From the NCBI GenBank assembly GCA_964640195.1, contig CAZXIC010000001.1:8544-72543 (forward strand): 64,000 nucleotides of DNA, in the 5' to 3' direction. This document shows, piece after piece, positions 1 through 9,238 of the stretch. The position numbers and the translations under genes are program-made. This stretch comes from an uncultured archaeon (lineage in GTDB: Archaea; Iainarchaeota; Iainarchaeia; Iainarchaeales; GCA-2688035). How positions within the stretch are numbered: the first letter of the stretch is position 1; each line of letters begins with the position of its first letter. The notes below the pieces were generated by a model that did not search any database, was not told the DNA's origin, and saw only the letters and a list, made by a program, of their open reading frames with translations.

Positions 1-2226
1 GCCCAGCACCTCTGTTTTTTCCAAAGCAAGCTCTGCAACCTGCCGCAGTGGATTGCGCCTGAAAAGGCTGAATGCCTGCTGGACAGGAAGCTTTTCACTA
101 CTGAGGATGAAGCCGTTGTCGCTCAGGGTTATTTCAACGTCTTTGTGTGTTAGCCTGCCGATAAGGTAGGCAAGGACGCGGGAGAGGGCGTCGTTGCAGC
201 GCCTGCCGTAAAGCGAGTGGAATATTGCAAAGCGCTTTCCCTGCTCATCGGTGTAATGCTCTATGAGAAGCTTTTTCTCATGGGGAATCGCTGCAAAGAG
301 GTGCTGCTGCTTGAAATATTTGTAAATTGCGTTTGCAGCGTTCCTGTCAAGGTAAAGATATGAGTTGAGGAATTCCATTATTTCGGCTTTGCCTTTTCCA
401 GCAGCAAATTTCTCATCCATGAGGGAACGGAAGCGCTGGATTTCAAGAGCCAGGTCAAACGAGAGGGGCAGCATCTCGCTGAACCAGCTCGGTACAGTAG
501 GGGGCCTCTTCAGGCCAGGGGCAACCTGGGCAGTGTTTCCCCTGCTGTACCTGAAGATGTAGCTCTCGCCTCCCAGAACAAACACGTCGCCCGGCCTTAA
601 GCGTTCAAGAAAAATTTCGTCAATCGTTCCGATGCTGTGCGCCCCCATTTTCACTTTTATCCGCGCCTCATCGGGGATTGTGCCGACGTTTGTCATATAG
701 AGAACGCGAGCAAGCCTGCCTCTCCTTCCAATCATTCCTGTCTGCTCATCAAACCATATTTTTGCGTAAACGTGCCTTGTCTCAAGCGAGGTGTAATGCC
801 CTGCAAGGTACTTTATCACTTCATCAAAATCTGCCTTTGAAAGGGAGGAATAGCAGTAGCTGCCCCTGACAAGGTTGAACAAGTCAGGCTCTTTTATCTT
901 TCCTGCAATCGCGATTCCGTAAACCTGCTGGGCAAGGACGTCCAGGCAGTTATGGGGGATTTTCACCTTGTCGATGCGGTGCTCTATTGCGTTCTTCAAT
1001 AAGACAGCGCACTCAACCAGGTCATCCCTGTCAAGGACGATAATCCTGCCCTTTATCGTGTCGTGCAGCTTGTGGCCCGATCTCCCGATTCTCTGCAATG
1101 CGCGGGCAATGCTTTTTGGGCTGCCCAGCAAAACAACAAGGTCAATGAAGCCTATGTCAATGCCAAGTTCAAGCGATGTTGAAGAAACAACGCAGCGCAG
1201 CCTGCCCTGCTTCAGCCTGTTTTCAACGTTCAGCCTCTTCTCCCTGCTCACGCTGCTGTGGTGCGCGTCAAGGTTGCCGCTGTGGTAGGATGCTGGAAAG
1301 CGGCCCTTGAGGTTGTGGACAACCCTCTCTGTTGCAGAGCGGGTGTTTGTGAAAACAAGGGTTGTCTTGTGCTGCTGGATGAGGTTGTGCAGCACTGTAT
1401 ACAACCGCTCCTGAATTTGGTCTGCTGTCACGTTTATCAGGTCTGGCAGGGGTGAAACAACCTTCAAATCAAGCTTTTTGAGGAACTGCACGTCAACAAT
1501 CCTGCAGTCCCTTGGTTTGTTGGGGGAGAGCATGCCGGCAAGGAATTTTGCCTCCTCTTCCAAGGGAGCGATTGTTGCACTCAATCCGATTCTGCATATG
1601 TTTGGGTTTTGCGCCTGAAGCCTTTCAAGCGAAAGGCTCAGGTGCACGCCCCTCTTGTTTTCCGCAAGCGAGTGGATTTCATCTACAATAACCCACTTGA
1701 TTTCCCTCATGCGCTCTATGAACCTCGGTGAATTAAGCAGGATTGCAAAGCTCTCTGGCGTGGTGATAAGGATGTGTGGCGGCAGCCTCAGCTGCTTGCT
1801 CCTCTCGCTTGTTGGCGTATCGCCTGTCCTTACCGCAATCCTGAAATCAATTTCCTTCTTGATTTTTGCAGCAGCCTTTTTTATTTCCTGCAGGGGCTGG
1901 CTGAGGTTTCTCTCAATGTCATTGCTCAGCGCCCTGAGCGGGGAAATGTAGAGGCAGTAAATCCTGTCCTCAAGCTTTCCCGCTTCGGAAAGAGTGATGA
2001 GCTCGTTCAGGACTGCCGTGAACGCTGATAGGGTTTTGCCTGTTCCAGTTGGAGCGGTGACAAGGGTGTTCTGCAGCCTGTGGATGTTGAGGATTGCGTA
2101 GCGCTGCGGCTCTGTGAAGGAGCCGAAACGCCACCTGAACCATGCTGCAAGCAAGGGATTCAAGGATTTGAAGATTTCTGCATCACTGTGCTTCTCTTTC
2201 TGCCATTCAATTCCCAAACTTACCAC
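1..2226 (-). CDS. lhr: Lhr-type DExH-box ATP-dependent helicase (partial; C-terminal part lies beyond the window start)
   Basis: Own reverse-strand translation; the ORF is absent from the track because it runs off the window. Motifs: FTEPQRYAILNIHRLQNTLVTAPTGTGKTLSAF (Walker A), VRTGDTPTSER, ILITTPESFAILL, VIVDEIHSLAENKRG (DEIH box), RIGLSATIAP, TLVFTNTRSATE, VVSSTSLELGIDIG, LQRIGRSGH. There is no ATG at the 5' end; candidate starts are GTG at 2226 or TTG at 2217. Confidence 0.85.
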   Translation of the reverse strand, partial: MVSLGIEWQKEKHSDAEIFKSLNPLLAAWFRWRFGSFTEPQRYAILNIHRLQNTLVTAPTGTGKTLSAFTAVLNELITLSEAGKLEDRIYCLYISPLRALSNDIERNLSQPLQEIKKAAAKIKKEIDFRIAVRTGDTPTSERSKQLRLPPHILITTPESFAILLNSPRFIERMREIKWVIVDEIHSLAENKRGVHLSLSLERLQAQNPNICRIGLSATIAPLEEEAKFLAGMLSPNKPRDCRIVDVQFLKKLDLKVVSPLPDLINVTADQIQERLYTVLHNLIQQHKTTLVFTNTRSATERVVHNLKGRFPASYHSGNLDAHHSSVSREKRLNVENRLKQGRLRCVVSSTSLELGIDIGFIDLVVLLGSPKSIARALQRIGRSGHKLHDTIKGRIIVLDRDDLVECAVLLKNAIEHRIDKVKIPHNCLDVLAQQVYGIAIAGKIKEPDLFNLVRGSYCYSSLSKADFDEVIKYLAGHYTSLETRHVYAKIWFDEQTGMIGRRGRLARVLYMTNVGTIPDEARIKVKMGAHSIGTIDEIFLERLRPGDVFVLGGESYIFRYSRGNTAQVAPGLKRPPTVPSWFSEMLPLSFDLALEIQRFRSLMDEKFAAGKGKAEIMEFLNSYLYLDRNAANAIYKYFKQQHLFAAIPHEKKLLIEHYTDEQGKRFAIFHSLYGRRCNDALSRVLAYLIGRLTHKDVEITLSDNGFILSSEKLPVQQAFSLFRRNPLRQVAELALEKTEVLG

Positions 2227-2297
2227 CTTAACTTATACATAACAGAGGGCTGTTAGGCGCTGAATACAATAAGTAAAGAAGGGAGCAGTTAAAAAGA

Positions 2298-3581
2298 TTA
2301 CTTGCCCAGGAACCTTTTTTCAAGCTCTGCCCTGTACTCAGCCAGGTCAAGCTTTTTTCCCGCTACCCCGCTCTGGACTGCTGCCTTTGCCACAGCAAGC
2401 GATTCCTCTACCGAAACCCTCTTGTCAAAGGGCTTTGGCACAATATAGTCAGGCCCAAATGAAAAATCCTTGCCTGCGTATGCCTTTTTCACCTGCTCTG
2501 TTACCTGCATTTTTGCAACAGATGAAAGGGCGTGGGCTGCGGCAACCTTCATCTCCTCGTTTATCGCGCTTGCCCTGCTGTCCAGTGCGCCGCGGAAGAT
2601 GAAGGGAAAGCCCAGGACGTTGTTCACCTGGTTGGGAAAATCGCTCCTGCCAGTAGCCATTATCAGGTCTTTCCTCGTCTTCTTGGCAAGGTTGTAATCT
2701 ATTTCAGGGTCTGGGTTTGCCATCGCAAACACTATAGGATTATCTGCCATTGACAACAGCATTTTCGGCGAAACCAAGCCTTTGACAGAAACTCCGACAA
2801 ATGCGTCAGCGCCCCGCATCGCGTCCTCCAAAGTCCTTGCGTCTGTTTCCGCAGCAAATTCTTCCTTGAAAGGGTTCATGCCTTCTTCCCTGCCCTTGTA
2901 GATTACGCCCCTGCTGTCAGCCATCAGAATATTCTTTTTCTTTACGCCCAGGTTTAAGTAGAAGCGGGCACATGCAATGCCTGCAGCGCCGGCACCGCTG
3001 AAGACAACCTTTATATCAGCAGCTTTTTTGCCAACCAGCTCAAGCGCGTTTAACATGCCAGCGCCTGAGATGATTGCAGTGCCGTGCTGGTCGTCATGGA
3101 ATACAGGGATGTCAAGGGCTTTTTTCAGCTGTTCCTCTATGTAAAAGCACTCGGGCGCCTTGATGTCCTCCAGGTTGATGCCGCCGTAAGTCTGCGCAAT
3201 CAGCTTAACTGTCTCAACAATCCTGTCCGAATCCTGCGTTTCTATAAGCACGTCTATTGCGTCAACGCCTGCAAATTTCTTGAATAAGACTGCTTTCCCT
3301 TCCATCACTGGCTTGCCTGCAAGCGCACCTATGTTTCCCAAGCCAAGGACAGCTGTGCCGTTGCTTACAACCGCTACAAGATTCCCCTTGTTCGTCAGCT
3401 CGTAAACTTTTGAAGGAGTTTCCTTTATCTCAAGGCACGGAACCGCAACACCAGGAGTGTAAGCCAGGGAAAGCTGCTCTGCGGTTTCACAGGGTTTGGT
3501 AGGAACAACAGAGATTTTTCCCGGCTTTCCGTCATAGCCCTTTCCCGAGTGGTAGTTAAGCGCTTTGCTCTTGTCTGCCAT
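2298..3581 (-). CDS. NAD(P)-dependent malic enzyme (short, MaeB-N-like form)
   Basis: Track ORF 2298..3716, trimmed to the Met at 3581 ([25 protein letters not shown]). Motifs: [57 protein letters not shown]. Confidence 0.85.
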   Translation of the reverse strand: MADKSKALNYHSGKGYDGKPGKISVVPTKPCETAEQLSLAYTPGVAVPCLEIKETPSKVYELTNKGNLVAVVSNGTAVLGLGNIGALAGKPVMEGKAVLFKKFAGVDAIDVLIETQDSDRIVETVKLIAQTYGGINLEDIKAPECFYIEEQLKKALDIPVFHDDQHGTAIISGAGMLNALELVGKKAADIKVVFSGAGAAGIACARFYLNLGVKKKNILMADSRGVIYKGREEGMNPFKEEFAAETDARTLEDAMRGADAFVGVSVKGLVSPKMLLSMADNPIVFAMANPDPEIDYNLAKKTRKDLIMATGRSDFPNQVNNVLGFPFIFRGALDSRASAINEEMKVAAAHALSSVAKMQVTEQVKKAYAGKDFSFGPDYIVPKPFDKRVSVEESLAVAKAAVQSGVAGKKLDLAEYRAELEKRFLGK

Positions 3582-3721
3582 CCTCTCCCACCAAAGCATA
3601 TAAGTAAAGTGGTGAGGGATTAAAAAAGCCGCTCTTGTTTTCCAGCCAGTGCAACCATTGTACCATTGTTTTGCTTTTTGCACCAAAACCCATTTATAAG
3701 CTGAAAAACAAATCATAGGTT

Positions 3722-3988
3722 ATGGCACTAAAGAAAATTGTTTTGGTCTTGCTCGTTCTGGCTTTGGTTCTTTCCAGCGGCTGCCTGCAGGGCATTAGGA
3801 GCCCGAAACCTGAACTGTGTGAAAAAATATCCCAACAGCAGAACAAGGACATCTGCTATTACAACGTGGCGCTGGCAAAAGGCGATGACCTGCTGTGCGG
3901 CAGAATCGTTAGCCTGGACGAGAGGGACAACTGCTACATGGACCTGGCTGTTGGGAGAAGCAGCAGAAGCAGCGGATTCATTGATTAA
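3722..3988 (+). CDS. small secreted or lipoprotein-like Cys-containing protein (hypothetical)
   Basis: 88 aa. N-terminal MALKKIVLVLLVLALVLSSGC looks like a signal peptide with a lipobox-like Cys. The mature part has spaced Cys residues (CEK..CYYN..CGR..CYMD). No family recognised. Confidence 0.45.
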   Translation: MALKKIVLVLLVLALVLSSGCLQGIRSPKPELCEKISQQQNKDICYYNVALAKGDDLLCGRIVSLDERDNCYMDLAVGRSSRSSGFID

Positions 3989-4050
3989 ACCTTTCCAACT
4001 TGCTGTGTAAAACAGGTTTAGGCAGGTTAGTGGGACAAAGGTAACAGAAA

Positions 4051-4539
4051 ATGCCATTGACGCCATTCCATTTGGGCCCTGGGCTGTTTTTCGGGCTGTT
4101 GTTCTTTCGGTTAATTCACCTGCCCTCCTTTTTAGTCGCCAGCGTTATCGTTGATTTGGAGCCAGCCCTGGTTTTATTTTTGGGCTTGCCCTATCCCCTG
4201 CACGGCTTTTTTCATTCTTTTTTGGGCGCTTCCATAGCAGCAATCGCCCTCTCCGCTGCAATGATTGCACTGAACGGAAAAGTGCAGAAAGCCATGTCTT
4301 CCTTAAAGCTTGGGCAGAAAATGTCCAAAGCCCAGATTTTCGCCTCATCATTTCTGGGGATTTACCTGCACATCATCCTCGATTCAGTGCTTTACACAGA
4401 CATCAGGCCGCTGTTTCCGTTAACCGCAAACCCCTTTTACAACAGTTCAATGCTTGCCGGCTTTGAAATATACGGCTTGTGCACCATTTCATTCATCTTG
4501 GGGTTGGCTTTATACACCCTCAAAGTCCTGAAGCGATAG
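4051..4539 (+). CDS. polytopic membrane protein, possibly a YdjM/DUF457-like membrane-bound metal-dependent hydrolase
   Basis: 162 aa with about 5 hydrophobic helices. The N-terminal MPLTPFHLGPG and several conserved-looking His residues (HGFFHSF, LHIILDS) are a weak family resemblance only. Confidence 0.45.
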   Translation: MPLTPFHLGPGLFFGLLFFRLIHLPSFLVASVIVDLEPALVLFLGLPYPLHGFFHSFLGASIAAIALSAAMIALNGKVQKAMSSLKLGQKMSKAQIFASSFLGIYLHIILDSVLYTDIRPLFPLTANPFYNSSMLAGFEIYGLCTISFILGLALYTLKVLKR

Positions 4540-4751
4540 ACAGCCTTGCCGGAAAAACGATTTGCAGAAAAAGGGAGATGGTCGAAGCAACCGAAATCTT
4601 TTCATAACCGTTTTAGCCCGGTGAGCTTATTCCGGTTGCTTTTGTAAAATTGATGCCTTGATAATTGTTAAACCATCTCCAAGTGCATAAGGGAATTGGC
4701 ATTTAAAAAGCTTTTGGGCACTCTGGCAAGTGAACGGGTGAAGGGAAAAAA

Positions 4752-4901
4752 TCAGCTTTTGACGAACAGTATGACGGCAATTACCAACAAAATTATCCCA
4801 AGGAAGGGATTTATTTTTGCAAGCGGCTCAGGGAAGTCAGGCAGGTATGTTCCGATAGCCATGCCGAGCAGAAGCATTCCAACCAGCTGGTTGTTGCCCA
4901 T
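4752..4901 (-). CDS. 49-aa two-helix membrane micro-protein (hypothetical; below the ORF-track length cut-off)
   Basis: Own translation: MGNNQLVGMLLLGMAIGTYLPDFPEPLAKINPFLGIILLVIAVILFVKS. It has two hydrophobic segments, lies antisense to an implausible 69-aa track ORF, and is convergent with gene 4051..4539. Confidence 0.3.
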   Translation of the reverse strand: MGNNQLVGMLLLGMAIGTYLPDFPEPLAKINPFLGIILLVIAVILFVKS

Positions 4902-4956
4902 TTAAACCGGATAGAATAAGGGCAAACTTATATTAAAACCTTTTTCAGAAGAGCAT

Positions 4957-5367
4957 TTACCATTTTTCAACAATCAGGAAGCTCTCTGTTTCAAGCACGC
5001 CGTATGTGTCCCTCACTTTGTCGATTTTTTTGTTCAGCTCCCTGCTGGTCGGCGCACTGATAAGGCAGAATATGTCAAAGTGCCCGGTTACCTCAAACAA
5101 GGGCATTAGTGGTTCAAGCTGGTGCAGTTTCCTTGCGATTGTCTTTGTTGTTTTCGGCTTGCACTTTATTGCGACAAGGCTCTGGAAGGCAAGCCTGCTG
5201 TCAAGGGTAACGCTGAAGTTCCTGATTACCCCTTGTTTTACAAGCTTTTTGACCCTTTTCCTCACAGTGCTTTCGCTTACGTGCAGCCTTTTCGCAATCG
5301 CGAGAAAAGGCATCCTGCTGTTCTCCCGCAGGAAGCCGAGGATCTGCCTGTCGGTTAAATCAAGCAT
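4957..5367 (-). CDS. Lrp/AsnC-family transcriptional regulator
   Basis: 136 aa. N-terminal HTH (LDLTDRQILGFLRENSRMPFLAIAKRLHVSESTVRKRVKKLVKQGVI) followed by a RAM/AsnC_trans_reg-like C-terminal half. Confidence 0.85.
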   Translation of the reverse strand: MLDLTDRQILGFLRENSRMPFLAIAKRLHVSESTVRKRVKKLVKQGVIRNFSVTLDSRLAFQSLVAIKCKPKTTKTIARKLHQLEPLMPLFEVTGHFDIFCLISAPTSRELNKKIDKVRDTYGVLETESFLIVEKW

Positions 5368-5449
5368 AAAAAAGAAGAAAACGAAAAGTATTAAAAAAAT
5401 AATTTTCTGGCGCGAAATTCGTTACAGTGCTTCGGTGCATTCAAGCGCG

Positions 5450-6388
5450 TTATTCAAACAGCGAGCTGATGCTCTCATTGCCGTGGATTCTCTTAATGCT
5501 CTCCCCAAGCAGGTCGCTTACGTCCATCACCTGCAGCTTCTTGCTCTTTTTTCCTTCCTGCGGGATTGAATTGGTAACAATAACCCTGTCAATTGCGCTC
5601 TCATCTATTTTCTGCAGCGCAGCATCTGAAAAAATGCCGTGACCTGCACAAACCAGTACGCTGCTGGCGCCGGCTTTTTTAACCGCTTCTGCAGCAGCGC
5701 AAATCGTGCCGCCTGTGTCAATCATGTCTTCAAACATGACGCAGTCTTTTCCCTTGACATCTCCGATTAGGTTGAGCACTTCCGCAACGCCAGGCTTTGG
5801 CCTCCGCTTGTTCACAATTGCAGCTTCAACGCCGAGCAGCCTTGCAGCCTTTGTGGCTTTTTTCGCTGAACCAGCATCAGGCGCAAGAACAACCGGCTTG
5901 GGCAGGCGCAGCTTTTTAACAAGGCGGATGAATTTCATCTGCGATGTGAGCACGTCAACCGGAATGTCAAAGAAGCCCTGAATCTGCTCACTGTGCAGGT
6001 CAAGCGTGATGACCCTGTCTGCACCGGCAGTTGACAGCAAATCTGCAACCAGCTTTGCGGTAATCGGTTCTCTGGAGGCAGCTTTCCAGTCCTGCCTCGC
6101 GTAGGCGTAATGCGGTATGACCGGCGTTACCCTGGCGGCTGAAGCCCTTTTGGCAGCGTCCAGCATTATCAGCAGTTCAACCAAATAATCATTTATTTTT
6201 CCATGCAAGCTCTGGACAATGAATACGTCCCTGCCCCTGATGTTTTCAAGGAACCTCGCATAGGTTTCCCCGTTGTTGAATTTTTTCAGCTCAACCTTCC
6301 CAAGCGGCATTTTGAGATACGAGGCAATCTTTGCCGCAAGTTCCTGATGGCTGCTGCCGCCGAAAACCTTAATTTCGTGGTTGCGCAA
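5450..6388 (-). CDS. prs: ribose-phosphate pyrophosphokinase (PRPP synthetase)
   Basis: 312 aa with a TTG start. Motifs: KVFGGSSHQELAAKIA, DRVITLDLHSEQIQGFF, PDAGSAKKA, and the PRPP-binding loop CVMFEDMIDTGGT. Confidence 0.9.
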   Translation of the reverse strand: MRNHEIKVFGGSSHQELAAKIASYLKMPLGKVELKKFNNGETYARFLENIRGRDVFIVQSLHGKINDYLVELLIMLDAAKRASAARVTPVIPHYAYARQDWKAASREPITAKLVADLLSTAGADRVITLDLHSEQIQGFFDIPVDVLTSQMKFIRLVKKLRLPKPVVLAPDAGSAKKATKAARLLGVEAAIVNKRRPKPGVAEVLNLIGDVKGKDCVMFEDMIDTGGTICAAAEAVKKAGASSVLVCAGHGIFSDAALQKIDESAIDRVIVTNSIPQEGKKSKKLQVMDVSDLLGESIKRIHGNESISSLFE

Positions 6389-6563
6389 AAAAGGGCACCA
6401 AGAGATGTAGGGGAATTTGTTTTTAAAAAGCTATTGCTGGGGCAGTTATTATTAGAGCATGGCTCAGGACATGGTGAAAGCCGAAATAGCTTTTTAAAAA
6501 TTTGCCAGTTGAAATTAATCAATTTGGCTTGAATTGGCTTCTATTTCGCTTTGGGTTTTGAAA

Positions 6564-7850
6564 ATGTCGCTGGAGATAAGGAAAATCAGGGCAAGGCAGG
6601 TTTTTGACAGCAGGGGAAACCCCACGGTTGAAGCAGAGGTCCTCACTGAAAAAGGCGCCTTCCTCGGGATTGTGCCAAGTGGTGCGAGCACCGGCGCAAA
6701 GGAAGCGCTTGAACTGAGGGACGGCGGCAGTGCATTCAAGGGAAAAGGGGTTACAAAGGCTGTTTCCAATGTTAATGAGATTATTGCCAAAAAGGTTGTT
6801 GGAATGCAATGTACAGCCCAGGGTGAGATTGACAAGGCAATGATTGAGCTTGACGGCACGGAAAACAAGGGCAAGCTGGGGGCAAACGCAATTCTTGCAG
6901 TGAGCATGGCGGTGTGCAGGGCAGGCGCTGCAGCAAGGGGCATGCCGCTTTACAGTTATGTTGCAGAGCTCAGCGGAAACAGGGGAGTAACGCTGCCAGC
7001 ACCGCAGATGAATGTGATGAACGGCGGAAAGCACGCTGGGCTGGAGGAAGACATCCAGGAGCAGATGATTGTCGCAGTCGGGGCAGAAAGTTACAGCAAG
7101 GCAGTGCAGGCAAGCGTTGAAACCTACCAGGTGCTGAAAGGAATACTGAAAAAAAGGTTTGGAGCCCAGGGAACGCTGCTTGGAGATGAAGGCGGCTTTG
7201 TTCCAAAGGTTGCAAGCGTTCAGGAAAGGCTTGACCTGATGAGCGAGGCAATTGGGGAAGCAGGCTACAATGGAGTGATAAAGCTGGCGATTGACAGCGC
7301 CTCATCGGAATTCTTTGCAGATGGAAAGTACAAGTTATATGGAAAGGAATACTCGCAAGGAGAATTGGTTGACTTCTACGCTGAGTTGGTCGGGCAGTAC
7401 AGCAACATCATTTCCCTGGAAGACGGAATGGCTGAGGAGGACTGGCAGGGCTGGAAACAACTGACAGCGAAAATAGGCAGCAAGGTACAGATTGTTGGCG
7501 ATGACCTGCTTGTAACAAACCCTGAGATTATCAGGAGGGCAATTGAGGGAAAGAACTGCAACGCATTGCTCCACAAAATAAACCAGATTGGCTCAATCAC
7601 TGAATCGATTGAGGCTGCGGAAATAAGCAAGAAAGCCGGCTGGAAGGTCGTGGTGTCGCACAGGAGCGGCGAAACAGAAGATGCGTTCATAGCTGACTTC
7701 TGCGTCGGCATTGACGCCGGGCAGAGCAAGTTCGGGGCGCCTGCAAGGGGCGAAAGAAACTGCAAGTACAACCAGCTGCTGAGAATTGAGGAAGCTCTGG
7801 GCGGGAAAGCGGTGTACGGCGGCAAAAAGCTTTCTGAAAAAATAGGTTGA
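6564..7850 (+). CDS. eno: enolase (phosphopyruvate hydratase)
   Basis: Track ORF 6534..7850, trimmed to the ATG at 6564 (MSLEIRKIRARQVFDSRGNPTVEAEV). Motifs: SGASTG..EA.ELRDG, GANAILAVSMA, IVGDDLLVTNP, NALLHKINQIGSITE, SHRSGETED. Confidence 0.92.
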   Translation: MSLEIRKIRARQVFDSRGNPTVEAEVLTEKGAFLGIVPSGASTGAKEALELRDGGSAFKGKGVTKAVSNVNEIIAKKVVGMQCTAQGEIDKAMIELDGTENKGKLGANAILAVSMAVCRAGAAARGMPLYSYVAELSGNRGVTLPAPQMNVMNGGKHAGLEEDIQEQMIVAVGAESYSKAVQASVETYQVLKGILKKRFGAQGTLLGDEGGFVPKVASVQERLDLMSEAIGEAGYNGVIKLAIDSASSEFFADGKYKLYGKEYSQGELVDFYAELVGQYSNIISLEDGMAEEDWQGWKQLTAKIGSKVQIVGDDLLVTNPEIIRRAIEGKNCNALLHKINQIGSITESIEAAEISKKAGWKVVVSHRSGETEDAFIADFCVGIDAGQSKFGAPARGERNCKYNQLLRIEEALGGKAVYGGKKLSEKIG

Positions 7851-7904
7851 AAGATAAGCATTAAATACAACCTTCTTTTATTATTCTAAAAAAGGCTGTG
7901 CGTT

Positions 7905-9149
7905 ATGTCAATTGAATCAAACCTGATTCTGCTTTTTTTCCTGCTTTTGCTCTCTGCGTTTTTCTCAGGGATTGAGACAGCGCTTGTTTCCTTGGACAGG
8001 GTAACGGTAAGGCGGCTGGCGAAAAAGGGAAGCAGGAGCGCGAAAATAATTGAGGAATTCCAGGCAAGCCCCCAAAAAATGCTGAGCGCGATTCTGATTG
8101 GAAACAATTTGGTGAACATTGCAGGGGCTGCGGTTGCAACAGCGCTTGCCCTGCAGGTTTTTGAAAGCCATGCAATAAGCATCGCAGTCGGGATAATGAC
8201 GTTCCTTGTGCTTGTTTTCGGGGAGATTACGCCGAAAAGCATTGCTGTGCAGAACGCCCAGGCAATTGCACTGCTGGCTGCAAGGCCAGTTAAATGGCTG
8301 AGCATTATCCTTAGTCCTGTAATCTGGCTTCTTGGCGGGATAACAAGGCTGATTATAAGGGTGGTTGGGACAAAGGAAATCGAGGGGCTGACAGAGCAGG
8401 ACATCAAGACAATGGTCACAATGGGTGCAGAGGCGGGCGCGATACACGAGAGGGAAAAGCTGATGATTCACAGGATTTTCAAGTTCAACGACATTGAGGC
8501 AGAGGATGTGATGACGCCAAGGGCGGAGATGAAGGCGGTTGAGGAAAACAGCACCCTCGGAGAGATAAAGACACTGCTTGCGGAAACGCCTTACAGCAGG
8601 CTGCCTGTTTACAGGAAAAAACTTGACAACATGTCGGGGGTATTCTACGTGAAAGACGCCTGGGATTTCCTTGCAGATGGAAAAACCGAGACCAAAGTCA
8701 AAAAGGTGATGAGGCAGCCAATGTTTGCGCCGAAAAACAAGAAAATTGACAAGCTGCTTGCGGAATTCCAGCAAACGCACAACAACATGGCTGTTGTTGT
8801 CGATGACTATGGCGGGGTGATAGGAGTAGTAACCCTGGAGGACCTGCTTGAGGAAATTGTAGGAGAGATAGTTGACGAAAGCGAGATGCCCGCAATCAAG
8901 AGAATCGGAAAAAACACCATTGAGGTTGAGGGGAAAACATCCCTGCAGGAAATCAACAGGGTACTGAAGACCAAGTGGAAAAGCGTGAGCTTCCAGACAA
9001 TCAGCGGCTTTATGATAGAAAAGCTTGAGTGCCTGCCTGCTGAAAACGAGGAAATAGAAACAGAGAATTATATCATAAGGGCAGTGAAGGTAAAGGAGCC
9101 GAAGATTTTAAGGGTAAGGATTGAGAAGAAACAGGCGAAAAAAAGCTAG
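7905..9149 (+). CDS. CNNM/CorC/TlyC-family transporter (DUF21 membrane domain, CBS pair and CorC_HlyC domain)
   Basis: 414 aa. The N-terminal TM region has LSAFFSGIETALVS. Then HEREKLMIHRIFKFNDIEAEDVMTPR, NMAVVVDDYGGVIGVVTLEDLLEEIVGEI, and a C-terminal transporter-associated domain. Confidence 0.85.
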   Translation: MSIESNLILLFFLLLLSAFFSGIETALVSLDRVTVRRLAKKGSRSAKIIEEFQASPQKMLSAILIGNNLVNIAGAAVATALALQVFESHAISIAVGIMTFLVLVFGEITPKSIAVQNAQAIALLAARPVKWLSIILSPVIWLLGGITRLIIRVVGTKEIEGLTEQDIKTMVTMGAEAGAIHEREKLMIHRIFKFNDIEAEDVMTPRAEMKAVEENSTLGEIKTLLAETPYSRLPVYRKKLDNMSGVFYVKDAWDFLADGKTETKVKKVMRQPMFAPKNKKIDKLLAEFQQTHNNMAVVVDDYGGVIGVVTLEDLLEEIVGEIVDESEMPAIKRIGKNTIEVEGKTSLQEINRVLKTKWKSVSFQTISGFMIEKLECLPAENEEIETENYIIRAVKVKEPKILRVRIEKKQAKKS

Positions 9150-9238
9150 GGGGAAGATTCCAGGAATTTGTCTGCGATGGCTAGCCCTATCATGGAAGTA
9201 TCCGCAGGAAAATCGTTTTAATGCGCCTGTTCCCTTTT

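Noticed and set aside
3728-4066. 112-aa minus-strand ORF antisense to the small lipoprotein gene
   Set aside because: The plus-strand frame has a clear signal peptide/lipobox and a start right after the malic-enzyme promoter region. The minus-strand product has no features.
6515-8780. Several 140-270-aa minus-strand ORFs (6515..6943, 6519..7034, 7376..7870, 7886..8419, 7965..8780) opposite enolase and the CNNM transporter
   Set aside because: They overlap strongly supported plus-strand genes and show no recognisable motifs. They are typical antisense frames of moderately GC-rich coding DNA.
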